DNA of 64,000 nucleotides. It comes from Clostridia bacterium (GTDB taxonomy: Bacteria; Bacillota; Clostridia; UMGS1883; UMGS1540). The position numbers and the translations under genes are program-made. The stretch covers positions 91,515 to 155,514 of the forward strand of contig JAZSIR010000003.1 in the NCBI GenBank assembly GCA_045533905.1. Direction: 5' to 3'. The notes under the pieces were generated by a model, which was not told the DNA's origin, made no database searches, and saw only the letters and a list, made by a program, of their open reading frames with translations. Positions within the stretch are counted from its first letter, which is position 1. Every line of letters starts with the position of its first letter. Positions 9,655 through 19,461 of the stretch are shown in pieces.

Positions 9655-9664
9655 CCGGAGCCTC

Positions 9665-10005
9665 CTATATGCTCAGAAATAAAACGGCCACAAGACCGGA
9701 GAGAAGCCACATCGAAACGAGAATTAAGAGAATTCCGACAAGCTGCCGGAGTGAGAAGGGTTCATCCCAGAAAAGAAAGCCGGAAATGGCGGGCAGACTA
9801 AAACGGCGCAGAGCACCGTCGATACCGAAGGCAGGGAAGAAAGCCCGACAAACACGGCCGAGATAAGCGCTGCCCCGTAGCATACGGCATTGCATGCAAA
9901 GATGCCCCGCGTATCGGGGTTTTCCGCTTTTGCATAGTGGTTATAAAAAGCGCTTTCTAGAACAGTCAACAGAATAGAGACGGCTAAAAGCACATACTGT
10001 GTCAT
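9665..10005 (-). pseudogene. EamA/DMT transporter remnant (frameshifted and truncated)
   Basis: Hydrophobic N-terminus in one frame (MTQYVLLAV) and an EamA-like GFLFWDEPFSLRQLVGILLIL in another; total only ~340 bp. Confidence 0.6.
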
Positions 10006-10137
10006 TTGTCATTCCTCTTTCGTATTCTGCACAAAATTCCAAAAGTCATTCTATCATACACCGCAAAAAAATGCAAATACTTTCAAATTTTTATGCACAT
10101 AAAAAGAGCCGACCCAAAGGCCGACTCTTTTCTGTTT

Positions 10138-10527
10138 TCAGTTATCCTTTTCGAATGCCAGCACTTCGCCCGTTTCGGCGTGGATTTCGTATTCGTATTC
10201 CCAAATGCCTTCGCGAAACTGCACGTTATAGTGGAGAATACGGTCGTCCGCATCCAGCTCTGCGAAAAGCCCCGTCACCTGATTTTCGGAAAGGCCGGCG
10301 TGCCGGAGGGCAATAGTCTGCGCTTCCGCAGAGGCAATCCGGGTATCCGGGAGAAGGGCATCGGGAATAAGAGCATCCTTCGCCGCATTTTCGGCATTTT
10401 CCAGTTTTTGCTCCACGGCATTTTCTGCTTCCTGCAGTTTCTGCGCGGTTTTCTGTAAAGAACAACCGGCCGGAAGGGAAAATAGGGAAACTAAAAGCAA
10501 AAGAGAAAGATATTTTTTAGCTTTCAT
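10138..10527 (-). CDS. PepSY-domain lipoprotein
   Basis: Signal peptide with PAGC lipobox; ISxxxA...YEYEIHAETGEV PepSY pattern. Confidence 0.8.
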   Translation of the reverse strand: MKAKKYLSLLLLVSLFSLPAGCSLQKTAQKLQEAENAVEQKLENAENAAKDALIPDALLPDTRIASAEAQTIALRHAGLSENQVTGLFAELDADDRILHYNVQFREGIWEYEYEIHAETGEVLAFEKDN

Positions 10528-10557
10528 AGCGCGTCTCCTTTCTGTATCCGAATTTAC

Positions 10558-10586
10558 AAAAACAGGTGGGGCCTCCCCACCTGTTT
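10558..10586. terminator. Intrinsic terminator after rubrerythrin
   Basis: AAAACAGGTGGG/CCCACCTGTTTT inverted repeat. Confidence 0.75.
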
Positions 10587-10598
10587 TGTCTTTTGTTC

Positions 10599-11141
10599 TT
10601 AGCCGAAGTATCTCTTTAAAAGACCTTCAAATGCTTTGCCGTGGCGAGCTTCGTCTCTTGCCATTTCGTGTACCGTGTCGTGAATGGCATCGAGGTTCAG
10701 TTCCTTTGCGCGCTTTGCAAGCTCGAACTTGCCGGCGGTGGCGCCGTTTTCAGCGTCTACACGCATTTCGAGGTTCTTCTTTGTGCTGTCGGTTACAACT
10801 TCACCTAAAAGCTCTGCAAACTTTGCAGCGTGTTCGGCTTCTTCGTAAGCTGCCTTTTCCCAGTAGAGGCCGATTTCCGGATAGCCTTCGCGGTGGGCAA
10901 CGCGTGCCATAGCGAGGTACATACCAACTTCGGTGCATTCGCCTGTGAAGTTCATGCGAAGACCTTCAATGATTTCGGGATCCACACCACGTGCTACGCC
11001 GACTACGTGTTCAGCGGCCCATGTTTTTTCGCCGCCCTGTTCCTGGAACTTTTCTGCCGGAGCCTTGCACTGGGGGCAAGCTGCCGGTGCCTCAGCACCT
11101 TCGTGTACATAACCGCAGATAGAGCAAACAAATTTTTTCAT
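10599..11141 (-). CDS. Reverse rubrerythrin (NADH peroxidase)
   Basis: N-terminal rubredoxin CxxC...CPxC followed by a di-iron ferritin-like domain (GECTEVG, EEAEHA, DEARHG). Confidence 0.93.
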   Translation of the reverse strand: MKKFVCSICGYVHEGAEAPAACPQCKAPAEKFQEQGGEKTWAAEHVVGVARGVDPEIIEGLRMNFTGECTEVGMYLAMARVAHREGYPEIGLYWEKAAYEEAEHAAKFAELLGEVVTDSTKKNLEMRVDAENGATAGKFELAKRAKELNLDAIHDTVHEMARDEARHGKAFEGLLKRYFG

Positions 11142-11168
11142 ATTCAAATACCTCCAAAAAATATTTTT

Positions 11169-11552
11169 TTATAAACTTCCCGTACAGGACGGGCATTTAC
11201 CATAGAATAAAAGAGAGTGACTCTGGATTTCGCATCCACCTGTTTTTTCCGCTTCGCGATTGAGCGTTTCCTCATAGGCCATCGGAAGGTCTACCACCGA
11301 GCCGCAGCCTCTGCACAGAAGATGATAATGCGGGGCGGCGCAGCCGTCAAACCTGTCGGCACTCTGGCCGGTATCAAGCCGGAGGATGATGCCTTCGTCT
11401 GCAAGAAGCGAAAGATTCCGGTACACCGTGCCGAGGCTTATGTTCGGCATTCTCTCGCGCATTTTGGAAAATACCCAATCGGCGTCCGGGTGGCAGGTTG
11501 TGCTTCGCAGAACCTCTAAAAGGAGCTCGCGTTGCCGGCTTCTTTTTTGCAT
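11169..11552 (-). CDS. Fur-family peroxide stress regulator (PerR-like)
   Basis: SRQR, HPDA, ISLGTVYRNL, HYHLLCxxC and CxxC motifs; co-oriented with rubrerythrin. Confidence 0.9.
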   Translation of the reverse strand: MQKRSRQRELLLEVLRSTTCHPDADWVFSKMRERMPNISLGTVYRNLSLLADEGIILRLDTGQSADRFDGCAAPHYHLLCRGCGSVVDLPMAYEETLNREAEKTGGCEIQSHSLLFYGKCPSCTGSL

Positions 11553-11574
11553 CTGACCACCTCCAAGATGAAAA

Positions 11575-11623
11575 TGATAACTATTACTGTTTTTAGTATA
11601 CAATACGAAAATCGCTTTGTCAA
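11575..11623 (-). promoter_or_regulatory. SigA promoter with adjacent Fur/PerR-like box
   Basis: TTGACA-N17-TATACT (11623-11595); TGATAACTATTACTG at 11575-11589 resembles the TGATAATnATTATCA 7-1-7 box. Confidence 0.65.
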
Positions 11624-11791
11624 GTATTTTTTTGAAAATTTTTCAAAAAATTTTTTGCAGGCGTTTTTCGAACATATTGACAGGATGGGGGAGAAAATGG
11701 TATACTATAAAATCGGGAAGGGACGGTACATATATATGCGGTATATCCGCGCGGTACGCGCCCGCTATTGTTAAAGGAAGAGGTTTTTCCT

Positions 11792-12679
11792 ATGCACAGC
11801 AAAAAGCTTCGGGCAAATCTGTTTCTTCTCCTTGCGGCCTTTATATGGGGTATGGCCTTTGTGGCACAGAGCAAGGGGATGGAAAGCTGCGGCCCGTTTC
11901 TCTTTAACGGGGTGCGGAGTATTCTCGGCGCACTCGTGCTTCTGCCGCTTATCGCGGTACTGGATAAAAAAGAAAAGAAAGAAAAAGGAAATACAAGCTG
12001 GCCCATTTTCGGCGGTATTTCCTGCGGAGTTGTCCTCTTTTTAGCCTCCTCGTTCCAGCAGATGGGGCTCCTCGAAACAGGCCCCGGAAAGGCCGGCTTT
12101 ATCACGGCGCTTTATGTGGTGCTTGTCCCCGTGTTCAGTCTTTTCCTCGGAAAGAAGATGACGGCGGTGACCTGGATAAGCGTGGCCATCGCCCTTTTCG
12201 GGATGTATCTTCTTTGTATGAACGGGGAATTGCTTACCCTCGCGAAAAGCGACCTTCTGGTTCTCCTTTGTGCGGTGCTTTTTACGGGGCATATTATGGT
12301 TATTGACCATTTTGCGCCGCATGTGGACTGCGTGCGTATGGCAAGCCTTCAGTTTTTCGTAAGCGGGATTCTTTCGCTTCTGGCAGCCCTATGTACAGAA
12401 GACATTCAAATTACATATATTCTGGACGCGGCGCTTCCGATTGCCTATACGGGCATTCTGTCAAGCGGTGTGGCGTATACCCTGCAGGTCGTGGCGCAAA
12501 AGGATACCGATCCTGCCTCCGCAGCGCTCATCTGCAGTCTGGAATCGGTGTTTGCACTTCTCGGCGGCGTGGTGCTTATGGGCGAGGTGTTTTCCGGCAG
12601 AGAGCTTTGGGGCTGCCTTTTAACCTTTGGTGCCATAATGCTTTCGCAGTTGCCTGAATTTAAGAAAAGAAAGGTTTGA
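11792..12679 (+). CDS. EamA/DMT family transporter
   Basis: AFIWGMAFVAQ, ~10 TM helices, SLESVFA; upstream TTGACA-N18-TATACT. Confidence 0.9.
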   Translation: MHSKKLRANLFLLLAAFIWGMAFVAQSKGMESCGPFLFNGVRSILGALVLLPLIAVLDKKEKKEKGNTSWPIFGGISCGVVLFLASSFQQMGLLETGPGKAGFITALYVVLVPVFSLFLGKKMTAVTWISVAIALFGMYLLCMNGELLTLAKSDLLVLLCAVLFTGHIMVIDHFAPHVDCVRMASLQFFVSGILSLLAALCTEDIQITYILDAALPIAYTGILSSGVAYTLQVVAQKDTDPASAALICSLESVFALLGGVVLMGEVFSGRELWGCLLTFGAIMLSQLPEFKKRKV

Positions 12680-12683
12680 TAGG

Positions 12684-13652
12684 ATGATTCGCATCGGTAT
12701 TTACGGATACGGAAATTTAGGGCGTGGCGTGGAAAGCGCCATCTCGCAAAATCCCGACATGGAGCTCGTCGGCATTTTCACGCGGCGTAACCCCGAGAGT
12801 GTAAAGGCAAACGCGCCCGTATATCGGGCGGAGGACGCCCTTTCCATGCAGGATAAAATTGACGTTATGATTCTCTGCGGCGGCAGTGCCACGGATTTGC
12901 CCGTGCAAACGCCCGCACTCGCGGAGCACTTTAATGTGGTGGATAGCTTTGACACACATGCCAAAATCCCGCAGCATTTTGAAAATGTGGATGCGGCCGC
13001 GAAAAAGGGCGGACATGTCGGCATTATTTCCGTCGGCTGGGATCCCGGTATGTTCTCCGTAAACCGCCTTTTCGGCGGTGCTATTTTGCCCGAGGGCGCG
13101 GACTATACGTTCTGGGGCAAGGGCGTAAGCCAAGGGCATTCCGATGCGATTCGCCGCATCGAAGGCGTGCTCGATGCGCGCCAGTATACGGTGCCGGTTC
13201 CCGCGGCGCTCGAAAGAGTGCGAAGCGGCGAAAACCCTGTGCTTTCCGTGCGCGAAAAGCACACGCGCGAATGTTTTGTAGTTGCCGAAGAGGGTGCAGA
13301 CACGGCTCGCATTGAAAAAGAAATCTGCGAAATGCCGAACTATTTTGCCGATTACGATACGACCGTGCACTTCATTTCGAAAGAAGAGCTTCTCGAAAAG
13401 CACAGCGGTCTTCCGCACGGCGGCATGGTGATTCGCACGGGCAAAACGGGCGACGGCGCCGCGCACACAATAGAATACCGCCTCACGCTCGAGTCAAACC
13501 CTGCCTTTACCTCGTCTGTCCTTTGCGCGTATGCACGCGCGGCGTACAGACTGCAGAAAGAGGGCGTCGCGGGCTGCAAAACGGTTCTTGACGTAGCCCC
13601 TTCCTATATTCATATTGAAGAGCCTGCGGCGCTTTGCAAAAAGCTTTTATAA
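12684..13652 (+). CDS. ddh: meso-Diaminopimelate D-dehydrogenase
   Basis: GYGNLG, CGGSATD, DSFDTH, GWDPG, TFWGKGVSQGHSDAIRRI. Confidence 0.95.
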   Translation: MIRIGIYGYGNLGRGVESAISQNPDMELVGIFTRRNPESVKANAPVYRAEDALSMQDKIDVMILCGGSATDLPVQTPALAEHFNVVDSFDTHAKIPQHFENVDAAAKKGGHVGIISVGWDPGMFSVNRLFGGAILPEGADYTFWGKGVSQGHSDAIRRIEGVLDARQYTVPVPAALERVRSGENPVLSVREKHTRECFVVAEEGADTARIEKEICEMPNYFADYDTTVHFISKEELLEKHSGLPHGGMVIRTGKTGDGAAHTIEYRLTLESNPAFTSSVLCAYARAAYRLQKEGVAGCKTVLDVAPSYIHIEEPAALCKKLL

Positions 13653-13667
13653 GGGGAGAGTGCGAAT

Positions 13668-14732
13668 ATGAATACCAGCATAAAAAACGGGATGCCTATG
13701 TATGACGTAAACGGGAATCGCATGCACGTCCAATTTCCGCATATCATTTTTCATAATGATAAGTATTATCTGTATGGAAGCAACAAGGAATTTTCGGATG
13801 GCAAAAGCGGCATCTGGCATTGGGGCATACGGATGTATGTGTCAGAGGATTTATATAATTGGGAGGATGTAGGGAGTATCCTTCCGCCGGACGAGGCGGA
13901 TACTGAGTCCCCGTTATATCCTCGGGCAACGATGGATGCACCGTGTATCGTTTATAATGCAAAAACCGATACATGGGTGTGCTGGGTGATTCATATGAGC
14001 AAGCAAATGGCGTTTACCTTTGTGTCGGATTCCTTGTTTGGTCCTTACAAAAGAACCGGCGAAGGATTTTTCCCTTGTGGCTTTCAAATCGGAGATTATG
14101 ATTTGGCCACAACGGAGGACGGCAAAGGATATATCTATTTCAATCATCCGCACAAGGAAATTGTTTGCGCGGAGCTTACGCCTGATTTCACCTCGGTCAC
14201 CGGAAAATATACTACGATGTTAGAACATCCGGAAAGTGTTCCGTTTTCGAGAGAAGCGCCTGCGTATTTCTGCAGAGAAGGGAAACACTATCTGATCACC
14301 TCCGGCACCACGTCCTTTTTCCCGAATCCCTCGGAAATTGCGGCCGGAGAGCGCCACATGGGCGAATATGTGACGCTTGGAAATCCGCACGTCGGCGATG
14401 AAACGAACACTTCTTTCCATACGCAAATCCGCAGTGTTTTCAAACACCCCAAAAAGAAGGACTTGTACATCGCGTTGGCAGACAGGTGGCTGCCGGAGTA
14501 TATGCATGTTACGTACGAAAGTGCCAGAGATTGGCATTATATTTGGTACCACGACAAAACACCGGAAAATCTGGAACTCGTCCGGAAACAGGGTGAAGAG
14601 TATAATATTATTCAAGGCTGTATGCAGCAGGATATTACGCGCGCCGAGTGTGTCTTCTTGCCGATAGTGTTTGATGAAGAAATGCCGAAGATTTACTGGC
14701 GCGATGAATGGAAAATAGAAGCATTTGCGTAA
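13668..14732 (+). CDS. Family 43 glycoside hydrolase (five-bladed beta-propeller)
   Basis: YYLYG, SEDLYNW, GPY, REAPA, YLITSG, ADRW motifs; no signal peptide. Confidence 0.8.
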   Translation: MNTSIKNGMPMYDVNGNRMHVQFPHIIFHNDKYYLYGSNKEFSDGKSGIWHWGIRMYVSEDLYNWEDVGSILPPDEADTESPLYPRATMDAPCIVYNAKTDTWVCWVIHMSKQMAFTFVSDSLFGPYKRTGEGFFPCGFQIGDYDLATTEDGKGYIYFNHPHKEIVCAELTPDFTSVTGKYTTMLEHPESVPFSREAPAYFCREGKHYLITSGTTSFFPNPSEIAAGERHMGEYVTLGNPHVGDETNTSFHTQIRSVFKHPKKKDLYIALADRWLPEYMHVTYESARDWHYIWYHDKTPENLELVRKQGEEYNIIQGCMQQDITRAECVFLPIVFDEEMPKIYWRDEWKIEAFA

Positions 14733-14876
14733 ATTTTGCCATCTCTGCCCACCTATGCGGAAAACGGCAAAATCCGCAGCACAAAGAGATGAACGATAAA
14801 AAGGGATGTAAAACTTGTTTTTACATCCCTTTTGTGGTATACTGAGAAAAACCGTTATTATAAAGGAGATATTCAA

Positions 14877-16124
14877 ATGGCGCTGCATATTTTGGAAGAG
14901 GCAAACCGCTGCCTCTTATGCAAAAATCCATCCTGCCAAAAGGGTTGCCCGATTGCTACGCCCATTCCGGAAGTCATCGGGCTTTTAAGAAAGAATCGTC
15001 TGGATGAAGCGGGCCAGCTTTTGTTTGAAAACAATCCGCTGACTACGGTATGCAGTCTCGTTTGTGACCATAAAAAGCAGTGCGAAGGGCATTGCGTACT
15101 GAACAAAACCGGCTCTCCGGTGCACTTTTCGGGGATTGAAGGGTATATCTCGGGCGCGTATGCACCGAAAATGACGACGGGGCCGGCAAAATCCAACGGG
15201 CGGAGAGTGGCGATTGTGGGCTCGGGACCGGCAGGTCTCACCATTGCCATCATTCTCGCACGCTACGGGTATCAGGTCACCATTTTTGAAGGCAAAGATA
15301 AAATCGGCGGCGTGTTACGGTACGGCATCCCCGAGTTTCGGCTTCCGAAAAGCGTGCTGGATGATCTTCAGTACCGCCACATAGAGCTCAAGGGCATTAA
15401 AATCCGCCCGAATATCCGTATCGGCGATGCAATCAGTATTGAAGATTTGTTCCGCGATGGGTATAAGGCCATTTTTATCGGCACAGGCGTATGGCGTCCA
15501 AGAACCCTGCATATTAAGGGCGAAACCTTTGGGAATGTGCATTTTGCAATCAATTATTTAAATAACCCGAGCGTGTACAAGCTTGGGAAACGTGTTACGA
15601 TTATAGGCGCCGGCAATGCCGCAATGGATGTGGCCCGCACGGCCGTTCGAAATGGTAGCAGAGAGGTTACGTGCTTTTCTCTTGACAAAACGGTCGCGGC
15701 GAGCGAGTATGAATTTGCGTATGCAAAGCTGGAGGGCGTACATTTCAGATATAATCTAAAGCCTGTAGAGATTCTCGATGATGGTGTGATTTTTAGAGAG
15801 GTCATCGAAAAAGAGGATGGCACACTGGAAGAAATAGAGGGAAGCGATAAAGTGTACCCTTCTGATTCTGTCATTATTGCCATTAGCCAAGGCCCGCGAA
15901 ACGTCATCGTGTCCACAACCACGGGCCTTAAAGTGAGTCAAAACGGTCTTTTGGAGGCCGACGAATTCGGCAATACAAGCCGCCCGGGAATCTTCGGTTC
16001 GGGCGACGTGGTAAACGGTTCGCGCACCGTTGTGGAAGCGGTTGCACATAGTAAAATCGTAGCTGAAACGATGCATCGGTATCTGCAAGGGCTAAAAAAT
16101 GATTTTTACAAGCTCGATATTTAG
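14877..16124 (+). CDS. GltD/SudA-like NAD(P)-dependent Fe-S flavoprotein oxidoreductase
   Basis: RCLLC...CQKGCP, GSGPAG, YGIPEFRLP, GAGNAAMD, GD motifs; AAAGGAG RBS before ATG 14877. Confidence 0.9.
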   Translation: MALHILEEANRCLLCKNPSCQKGCPIATPIPEVIGLLRKNRLDEAGQLLFENNPLTTVCSLVCDHKKQCEGHCVLNKTGSPVHFSGIEGYISGAYAPKMTTGPAKSNGRRVAIVGSGPAGLTIAIILARYGYQVTIFEGKDKIGGVLRYGIPEFRLPKSVLDDLQYRHIELKGIKIRPNIRIGDAISIEDLFRDGYKAIFIGTGVWRPRTLHIKGETFGNVHFAINYLNNPSVYKLGKRVTIIGAGNAAMDVARTAVRNGSREVTCFSLDKTVAASEYEFAYAKLEGVHFRYNLKPVEILDDGVIFREVIEKEDGTLEEIEGSDKVYPSDSVIIAISQGPRNVIVSTTTGLKVSQNGLLEADEFGNTSRPGIFGSGDVVNGSRTVVEAVAHSKIVAETMHRYLQGLKNDFYKLDI

Positions 16125-16182
16125 TCCTAACTTGATGCGAGCATAAAATAAACTTAATTAGAAAAATAAAAGGAGAATTGAA

Positions 16183-17865
16183 ATGAAAAAAAGAATTTAC
16201 ATTGACTTAATGGAACGTGTAATGTCTGCATATACCGATGAGCGTATTGCGAAATACACCGAAAACGTAATAAAAAACGGACTTGAGGAACATGGGTACC
16301 CTCGACTTACAGCGAATCTTGGGATTTTAATTGCTCACGGCAGGAAAACAAAGTATAAAGACGAGTTTCGCAAAATGATGGATTTGTGTTGCAGAGAAAT
16401 CCCCACTGCTTTGGGCAGAAATGGGGGGAGAGTGGGTAATGATTTTTCTGTAAAAGAGCTTGTCTTTTGCTTACTTGAAATTGAAAAAGCAGGTATTTTT
16501 GATAAATCAGTTACAGATGGCTGGCGAAATGAATTAGCAAAAATAAATCCATACGAAACATATTCTGTTATTGCATCTGTGCCACCTGAACGCATCAATA
16601 ACTGGGCGGCTTTTGGAGCTGCCAGCGAACAGGTGAGAAAATATGCCGGCATAGGTGACGAAAGTTCGTTTATTGAAAATCAGATTAAATCTCAGTTTTT
16701 CTCATTTGATGAAAATGGAATGTACCGCGATCCTAATGAACCGATGGTATACGATACTGTAACCCGTTTGCAACTAGCGTTAACGCTTTATTTTGGATTT
16801 GATGGCGAGAGCAAAGAAAAACTTGAAAAAGAATTGCTCAAATCTGCGGATATGACGCTTAATATGCAGTCAGTGACAGGAGAAATTCCTTTTGGTGGTC
16901 GCAGTGCTCAGTTTTTACATAATGAGGCGCATTTTGCGGCGCTTTGTGAATTCTATGCAGACCTTTTTGGGAAATGTGGCGATTTAAATAAAGCAGGTCA
17001 GTTTAAAAGTGCGGCAAGAATTGCACTTGAAAGTATTACTTACTGGCTAAAAATGAAGAAAATTTATCATGTGAAAAATTACTACGATAATGACAGTATG
17101 TATGGATGTGAAGAATATTCATATTTTGATAAATATATGGTAACTGCAAGTTCTATGCTTTATGCAGGATATATTATGGCAGATGACAATGTTGATGAAG
17201 TGGATTGCCCGGCAATATCTGAAAACGCCATCTGTGAAACGAGTGAATATTTTCACAAGGTGATGTGCAGATATAAGGATTATTTCGTTGAGTTTGAAAC
17301 AATGGCAGACCATCATTATGATGCGAGTGGAATTGGCAGAATACATAAAAGGGGTGTACCTTCGGCAATTTGCCTGTCAGTACCATTCAGTGAACACCCC
17401 AACTATGAGATTGATATAGAAAATCCGTCACATTTTTCTGTTTGTACCGGGATAAAAACGGGTGACGGATATGCTTATACTTTTGATGCGTCGACCAAGT
17501 ATAAGCTTGTTGAAAAGATGGTTAACGATGAATGTGTTCAGGTGAAATTTGAATGTGAAACACGTGACGGAGCCAAGGTTTTTCAGACATGTATTCTTTC
17601 AGATGACGGTGTTGAAGTTCGTGCATCAGGAAACGGCGATGTGAGAATTTTGTTTGTGTTATTTGATTATGATGGAGAACAAGAAACAAAAATTTCTGTG
17701 TCTGAAAAAAGTGCCATTGTGTCATATAAAGGAAGCCGATGTGTTTATTCTACAAATGGCGTTATAACAGATATGAATCGGATGTACGCAAATCGAAATG
17801 GACACTACAGAGCTATGGCAACGAATGGTAAAGATAGTGTTTCTTTGAAAATAGAGATGTTTTAA
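16183..17865 (+). CDS. Hypothetical protein (helical N-terminal part plus beta-rich C-terminal part; possibly lyase/hydrolase-like)
   Basis: 560-aa ORF with AAAAGGAG RBS; NNWAA, YRDP, GGRS, HNEA motifs; family not recognised. Confidence 0.75.
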   Translation: MKKRIYIDLMERVMSAYTDERIAKYTENVIKNGLEEHGYPRLTANLGILIAHGRKTKYKDEFRKMMDLCCREIPTALGRNGGRVGNDFSVKELVFCLLEIEKAGIFDKSVTDGWRNELAKINPYETYSVIASVPPERINNWAAFGAASEQVRKYAGIGDESSFIENQIKSQFFSFDENGMYRDPNEPMVYDTVTRLQLALTLYFGFDGESKEKLEKELLKSADMTLNMQSVTGEIPFGGRSAQFLHNEAHFAALCEFYADLFGKCGDLNKAGQFKSAARIALESITYWLKMKKIYHVKNYYDNDSMYGCEEYSYFDKYMVTASSMLYAGYIMADDNVDEVDCPAISENAICETSEYFHKVMCRYKDYFVEFETMADHHYDASGIGRIHKRGVPSAICLSVPFSEHPNYEIDIENPSHFSVCTGIKTGDGYAYTFDASTKYKLVEKMVNDECVQVKFECETRDGAKVFQTCILSDDGVEVRASGNGDVRILFVLFDYDGEQETKISVSEKSAIVSYKGSRCVYSTNGVITDMNRMYANRNGHYRAMATNGKDSVSLKIEMF

Positions 17866-17917
17866 AATGGAGATATGTTTTTGACGTTGATTGGCACAGG
17901 CTATCACCAAAAGAAGT

Positions 17918-17953
17918 TGCATCTAAACCTTATGTGTCGCAATTAATAGATGT
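17918..17953 (+). repeat. GCATCTAAACC junction palindrome, copy 1
   Basis: TGCATCTAAACCTTATGTGTCGCAA identical to 18664-18688; GCATCTA can pair with TAGATGT at 17947-17953. Confidence 0.85.
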
Positions 17954-17983
17954 CGAATTTTGTTGTTAAAAGGAGATGAAATT

Positions 17984-18619
17984 GTGTTTTGTAATGAGAT
18001 TGTAGAGGAAGTATTTGAATGTATGCCAGAATATGATGACGACAGCGTAAATTGGTTTTTTGACTGTTATCATGATATGGCACTGCATTTAACAAAAGGG
18101 TACAGAATTATATTAAAAACCAAATCTTATTTCATTTGTATCGGATATGACGGAGTTAAGATTGTACCTAATACAGAGAATGTTGTATTTGCCGGAGAGT
18201 ATATGGAATCGTGCATACATATAATTGACGAAAATGAAGAGCCTTGGATTGATTATGAAAGCACATTGTTTGTCGGAGAGCAACTTGTTGATGTAAAAAA
18301 AGGAAATGGTTGTTATATATTAACCTTTAATGATTTTGAATTAAAAATAATGCCCCACGATAATCCAGACGAAATAGAAGGACTTTATCAAGAAAGCCAC
18401 TGGTCGTATAATTATGTTTATGGTTTAGATAGATTGTTAACAAGAAAATGTAATTGTGGAGGGACAGGAGAAGTTTTATTGGATTTCGTTTCTGATTATG
18501 TTATTAGATGCAATAAGTGCAAAAAATCAACTTATGCAGAAATGATGGTTGTAAATGCTATAGATAATTGGAACAGAGGGGAAAACCCTTGCGATTTATC
18601 TGATATTGAAATCGAATGA
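17984..18619 (+). CDS. Hypothetical protein with C-terminal Lar-like zinc ribbon
   Basis: AAAGGAG RBS before GTG 17984; CNCGG...CNKC...AIDNWNR. Confidence 0.65.
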   Translation: MFCNEIVEEVFECMPEYDDDSVNWFFDCYHDMALHLTKGYRIILKTKSYFICIGYDGVKIVPNTENVVFAGEYMESCIHIIDENEEPWIDYESTLFVGEQLVDVKKGNGCYILTFNDFELKIMPHDNPDEIEGLYQESHWSYNYVYGLDRLLTRKCNCGGTGEVLLDFVSDYVIRCNKCKKSTYAEMMVVNAIDNWNRGENPCDLSDIEIE

Positions 18620-18663
18620 CTCTTTATTCATGACTTGGTGCGTGCAACTCTTGAAGAAAGTTC

Positions 18664-18699
18664 TGCATCTAAACCTTATGTGTCGCAAGTAGTTGGCGT
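18664..18699 (+). repeat. GCATCTAAACC junction palindrome, copy 2
   Basis: 25-bp exact repeat of 17918-17942 followed by degenerate TTGGCGT arm. Confidence 0.85.
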
Positions 18700-18751
18700 A
18701 TAAAGAATATTATTTTATAATTCATTTCATAAATTATTTGAGGATAAAAAA

Positions 18752-19459
18752 ATGTTAATTGATTTGCATGCACATACTGCAGGAATAAGCAAGTGTTGCC
18801 GTTATACAGCTTCAAAAGTTTTAGAAAGCGTATATGAGGCAGGGATTGACGGGATAGTTCTTACGAATCATTATCAAAAAAGTTATATTGATAATGAAAA
18901 AATAAATAGTTTTATAGATAAATATATAGAAGAATTCTATTTTACACAAGCACTTGGCGAGCAATTAGGACTAAAAGTTTTTTGGGGAATTGAGGTTACG
19001 ATGGAACTCTATCCTCATGTGCATATGTTGATTTATGGTGTTAATACGGACTTTCTTAAGAGTCATCCGTTAGTATTTGATTATACTCAAAAGGATTTAT
19101 ATACCGCAGTTAAAGATAATAATGGAGTGCTTATACAGGCACATCCTTTTAGAAATGGTACAACCATTTTGGATGTGGACTTCTTAGATGGTGTTGAAAT
19201 TAACTGTCATCCGCTATATAACAATTCGTATTCGCAGGAAATATTCAACATCGCAAATGAAAACAGGCTGGCTGTGACTTGTGGTGGAGATTTTCACGCG
19301 GATACTTACCGACCTAAGTGCGGAATGTACTTGCCTGACAACATCGTCAACAGTTGCGAGTTGGGTAAATATATTGAAAATGCCAAAAAAGTTAGTTTGT
19401 GTATGCATGAACCAAATGCAACTATGTGTCAAAAAATTGATTTTTATAGAGAATTATAA
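18752..19459 (+). CDS. PHP-domain metallophosphoesterase
   Basis: DLHAHT, LTNH, GIE, AHPFR, GGDFH motifs. Confidence 0.88.
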   Translation: MLIDLHAHTAGISKCCRYTASKVLESVYEAGIDGIVLTNHYQKSYIDNEKINSFIDKYIEEFYFTQALGEQLGLKVFWGIEVTMELYPHVHMLIYGVNTDFLKSHPLVFDYTQKDLYTAVKDNNGVLIQAHPFRNGTTILDVDFLDGVEINCHPLYNNSYSQEIFNIANENRLAVTCGGDFHADTYRPKCGMYLPDNIVNSCELGKYIENAKKVSLCMHEPNATMCQKIDFYREL

Positions 19460-19461
19460 TA

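Noticed and set aside
17913-17940. Repeat as a chromosomal dif/Xer site (contains TTATGT)
   Set aside because: The left arm does not mirror the right arm, and TTATGT is absent from the copies at 19462 and 54884
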